In this document: one piece after another, positions 60,069 to 64,000 of the stretch
Position numbering within the stretch: the stretch's first letter is position 1
Layout: each line of letters starts with the position of its first letter
From: the human T2T-CHM13v2.0 reference genome, Homo sapiens
Assembly (NCBI RefSeq): GCF_009914755.1
Contig: NC_060927.1
Length of the DNA stretch: 64,000 nt
Direction: 5' to 3' (one strand)
Translations under genes and position numbers: made by a program
Notes under the pieces: model-generated
Databases searched by the model: none
Seen by the model: only the letters and a program-made list of their open reading frames with translations
What the model was told of the DNA's origin: nothing

Positions 60069-62515
60069 ACTTCTTATATGAAACAGGGAGAAAATCTCGT
60101 TATCTGAAAGTTCTCCCTAAAAGGAGATTGACTGCATTTTCAGAACTAGCAACATGTGATGGGGCCCTAACAATAAGACTAAAAGAAAAAAATAGGACAA
60201 AAAAAGACGAAAACAGAACAATCAGAGAAAGCACATTGCTAAATATGTTCAGCACATTCAAGAAGTTCCAAAGCACCTTCGCAAACCTATCACTTGATCC
60301 CCAAGGTTCCCCCACAAATTTAAGTAGTATAGTCAAAGATCCTAGGGCCAGGAAATAAAACTCTAGAAATTTGAAGCATATTTTAGGGATTCTCTAGCTA
60401 AAAAAAGGATGTAATTTCCAAGAAATTCATCCTGCAGTCTTTGGTAGTAGCAGACAGTAGCTCTTAATCCCAGACAAGCTTACAGAATATAACTGCATGC
60501 CTGGCACATCCACCAAAAATCACACAGCTGGCTTATCAAACAGAAGATGAAGCCAATGTAAAATGCTTTAAAAATGAACCCTTTTCAATCAGTGGGCTAA
60601 ATATTTAGATACTGATGCCTTCAGAATAAGTAACCTTGTCTAGGTGGAATATACTAGTGTTATGTTAGCAAAACATTCACTGTGCATTTATAAGTTAATG
60701 GTTTTGCTACTAACAGTAGTTCATTATGTCATAATGAGGTGTCATTTTTCCCTTAATTTATTTGCTTGCATTAATTTTGTATATTAAATGTTTTTACATG
60801 TTTTAATTTGGAAGTAAATACAAGGAAGTTGAACTTAAAGCAGTCATACAACTTTACCCTGCCATCCCAAGTTAATCTGACAGGTATTTTAACCAGCTTG
60901 CCAAAATATTTTAAACATTAGGTATCACCTATCAGACTAATTATTTCTAAATCCTACCACCTATTCAGGGAACTGCCCTGGAAAGCCAGCTTGTCTCCAC
61001 TGATAAATGACAAAGACAATTGCTTCAGAATTGATTTTCTTCAATGCCTTGATGGACACTGAATTTTGGCATTTGGTCTGGATGTCAAAGTTTGTTATAT
61101 TTTCCTCAGAACACTGAATGGTCATGAATGAAGAACTGAGTTAAAATTACAAATTAGTAAATTCTATAATCCGGCATACACAAAAAAAGCACAAGGGGAA
61201 TAGATGAAACAAGTCTGGCAAATTGTGGAGAATGTTGAAGTTGGCATGAGAACTTATGAGAACTCATGATATATACCAGATATATTTATTATATACCACC
61301 ATATGATGGATATATGTGGATTCATTGTACCATTCTCTTTACTTCTGGGTATGTTCAAATTTTACCATAATAAAAAGTTAAAAAAATTGTTCTAACATTT
61401 TTGGATCCAGTTTTAAAGACCTCAGTATAGGGCCCATCAAATCCTACTAAATTTTATTATGGAGTTCACAATTAAAACAACTTTCCAACCCTTTTACACT
61501 GATACATTAACAAAAAAAAAAACACAGAACAAAGAAAGACAAAAACAGAACAATCAGAGAAAGCACATTGCTGAATATGTTCTGCACATTCAAGAAGTTC
61601 CAAAGCACCTTTGGTAACCCATCATTTGATCCCTAAGTAACCTTCCAGGTGCCCTCCAGGTACTGGGCAGCTGGCTTTCCCATACATGCCAAATTAGTTA
61701 ACACACCAAATTTAGATTGCCTGAATCCAATTCCCACCACAAGGCTGCCCTTCCCATGCTTACCCACTAAAAAGGCAGATCCACAGAGGGCAGGTCTTTC
61801 CAATAGAATGCCCCTCCACACTGAGGGCCCAGCAGCACCTGGGCCCTGACATGCCACTCTGTGGGAAGATGGAAGGATCAAGAGAACTTGTCTCTTGCTA
61901 ACACTTAGTTAGCCACATGAGGTTTTACCTTTCCCCAATTAAGATTCTTTCATTAACCCTGCCCTGTAATGCTATGGAATTTATAACTAGCCATGATGTA
62001 TGATGGATACAGGCTAGGAGGGGCCAGGGGGCAGGGATGGTTCTGAGGATACATCCTAAAAGAACAGGTTAGCTGGAAAACAGCTATGCCTCCTATACCT
62101 AGGATGACTGACTTCTTCATTCAGATACATGAGTAGGGTGAACAGAGATTTCTATTTTTTAAATGAAACTTTACAAGGTAAAGGATTTTTTAAAGTTTTA
62201 TGCCAACATTGACATTCTTCCCCATATTATCTTTTACTTTTAGAGAGGCTTATAGGTTTTTGTTGTGGTGATGAGTTTTTTACCCCATAACTACAACTAA
62301 CTTTTCTATTGCTCCTTGATTTCCAAGGGTCTTTCAAAATTACTCTACCCAATAACTGCTATAATTCCCATTTTACAGGTGAATAAACAAAATATAGCTC
62401 ATAAAGTTAAAAAGTTGTAATACAACAATTATTGAAGTGAAATTAATTTTTTTTTAAACAAAAACTCATTCAATCACAGCAATATCCATTGGGAATTAAA
62501 ATGGACTGTCCTTAC

Positions 62516-62592
62516 CTTTACTAATTTTCCACTGATCTCAGGCATATCACCCATTTTCCGATTATCCAGCATCCGAATTTCATATGACTGAC
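62516..62592 (-). CDS. UBP1: UBP1 exon 3
   Basis: aaatag|GT CAG...AAG|gtaagg; 77 nt; (G)[25 protein letters not shown]. Confidence 0.96.
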
Positions 62593-62869
62593 CTATTTAA
62601 AGAAATTGTGTATAAAAAACAATCCTTATAAAGAACATCACTTTGCTTAACATAATTCAAAATGCATGTTTCTCAGAACATACATTACACAATGATAGTT
62701 TGTTAATTTGCTACGGAAGCAAATTCAGGTTGATCCTTCTCTTCCCTGAAAATCACACCAACCTTCTGTTCTAACATTATTACAGGAGACAAGAGTTTCT
62801 CTGTCAATTTATCTTCATCTGCCACTCTCTTACACTAAACTTTTATTATGCTTGCATTACCTAAGACTA

Positions 62870-63350
62870 ATTTTTGTAACAGCTTTTCTGAGATATAGTT
62901 TACATACCATAAAATTCACATTTTTAAAAAGTGTGTAAATCATTGGTTTTCAGTATAGTCAGAGTTGTGCAACCATCACCACTACCAGTTTTAGAACACT
63001 CGCATCATCCTAAGAAGAAACCTCTATTAGTCACTTCCCATCCCTCCCCCACCCCCCACCTGGCCAACTGCTAGCGATCACCAATCCACTTTCTGCCTCT
63101 ACGATTTGCCCACTCTGGATACTTTCATAAACAGAATCATACAATATGTGGGTATTTGTGCCTTGCTTTTTAAACTTAGCATAATGTTTTCAAGGTTCAC
63201 CCATATGTAGTATATATCAGTCCTTTTTATTGCCAAATAATATTCATTCCTTTTTATTGCCTAATACTATTCCACTGTGTAAAGACTAAACCAAATTTTG
63301 TTTATCCATTCATCAGCTGATGGATATTTGGGTTGTTTCCACTTTTAGTG
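62870..63350 (-). mobile_element. L1MB-type 3' end
   Basis: gagatatagtttacataccataaaattcac...ttatccattcatcagctgatggatatttgggttgtttccacttt. Confidence 0.82.
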
Positions 63351-63639
63351 TTTATTAGAAAACACAGATATTCACACATCAATCTAGATAATTAGGAAAA
63401 TGCTGCTGTAAAAAAATTAATAATGTACTCCAAATCCACAAAAAATGATTTCTGGATTATCTGTTATTAAATAATAAAAATGACAGTATAATTTGGCATG
63501 CAGAAAATCAGTAAAAATTAAAGAATGCTTATAATATCACATGAAGTTGAGAATCTTTATAACTACCAACACCTTGTCCATACTCCCAGGGGGCTTACAG
63601 AAAAATATACAAAGGATTCTAGATTATAGGGTCAAAATT

Positions 63640-64000
63640 CAACAAGGGGTTATCAAAATACAACTACATCACTCCAAGGCTGGTGAAGGAAAACAGCATA
63701 TATATAGTCTGTTACAAAGAAAAGTTGCTTACATTCATTCAACAGACAGAGAAACACTAAAAAACACCTGTATGGGAAGAGACATTTTTAAAAAGTTAAA
63801 CTAAGACACAGATTGGAAGAAGATATATGCACTATATTTAACAATGGATCTATATTCTGAAAACAGAAATAATTTTCAAAATGAAGAATATAAAGTTTTG
63901 AAAAATACACCATTTATGTTTAAAATTACACTCAACCTCACAAGAATTTAGGAAATAAAAATCAACAAAAGGTTTATGCTGATTATCAGATCAATAAGAA
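63640..64000 (+). mobile_element. Old L1M fragment
   Basis: acagattggaagaagatat...aggaaataaaaatcaa-type ORF2 3' text. Confidence 0.5.

Noticed and set aside
63220-63275. 27-bp tandem duplication containing TCCTTTTTATTGCC
   Set aside because: Slippage inside a decayed L1MB element

Overview
Primate (human-type) genomic DNA, rich in Alu and L1 repeats, holding two convergent protein-coding genes. On the + strand are FBXL2 coding exons 3-15 (F-box tail, leucine-rich repeats, C-terminal CaaX motif CVIL; stop at 31377-31379) and the 3'UTR. On the - strand are UBP1/LBP-1a/b coding exons 3-16 (CP2/Grainyhead-family transcription factor; stop at 36106-36104) and the 3'UTR. All 27 exons were read by hand, with GT-AG boundaries and consistent phases; exon numbers follow the canonical transcripts as I recall them. 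The 5' ends of both genes lie outside the window, and nearly all ORF-track entries are Alu/L1 or intronic artefacts. I see no evidence of a wholly new biological system. The best leads are: (1) three sequence-visible ways to bypass the FBXL2 CaaX terminus or regulate its mRNA (leaky UGA-C stop, a donor site in the 3'UTR, and a strong + strand acceptor inside UBP1 intron 8 giving an antisense-overlapping APIKI* end); (2) a stop-free in-frame circle from FBXL2 exons 6-10 bracketed by inverted Alus; (3) a U7 snRNA retrocopy; (4) an orphan ERV-L dUTPase fragment; (5) a tiny twin-primed L1 insertion; (6) two local direct duplications in UBP1 introns; (7) a perfect 14-bp hairpin and a strong G4/C-rich element. 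Repeat boundaries and subfamily calls are by eye and approximate.
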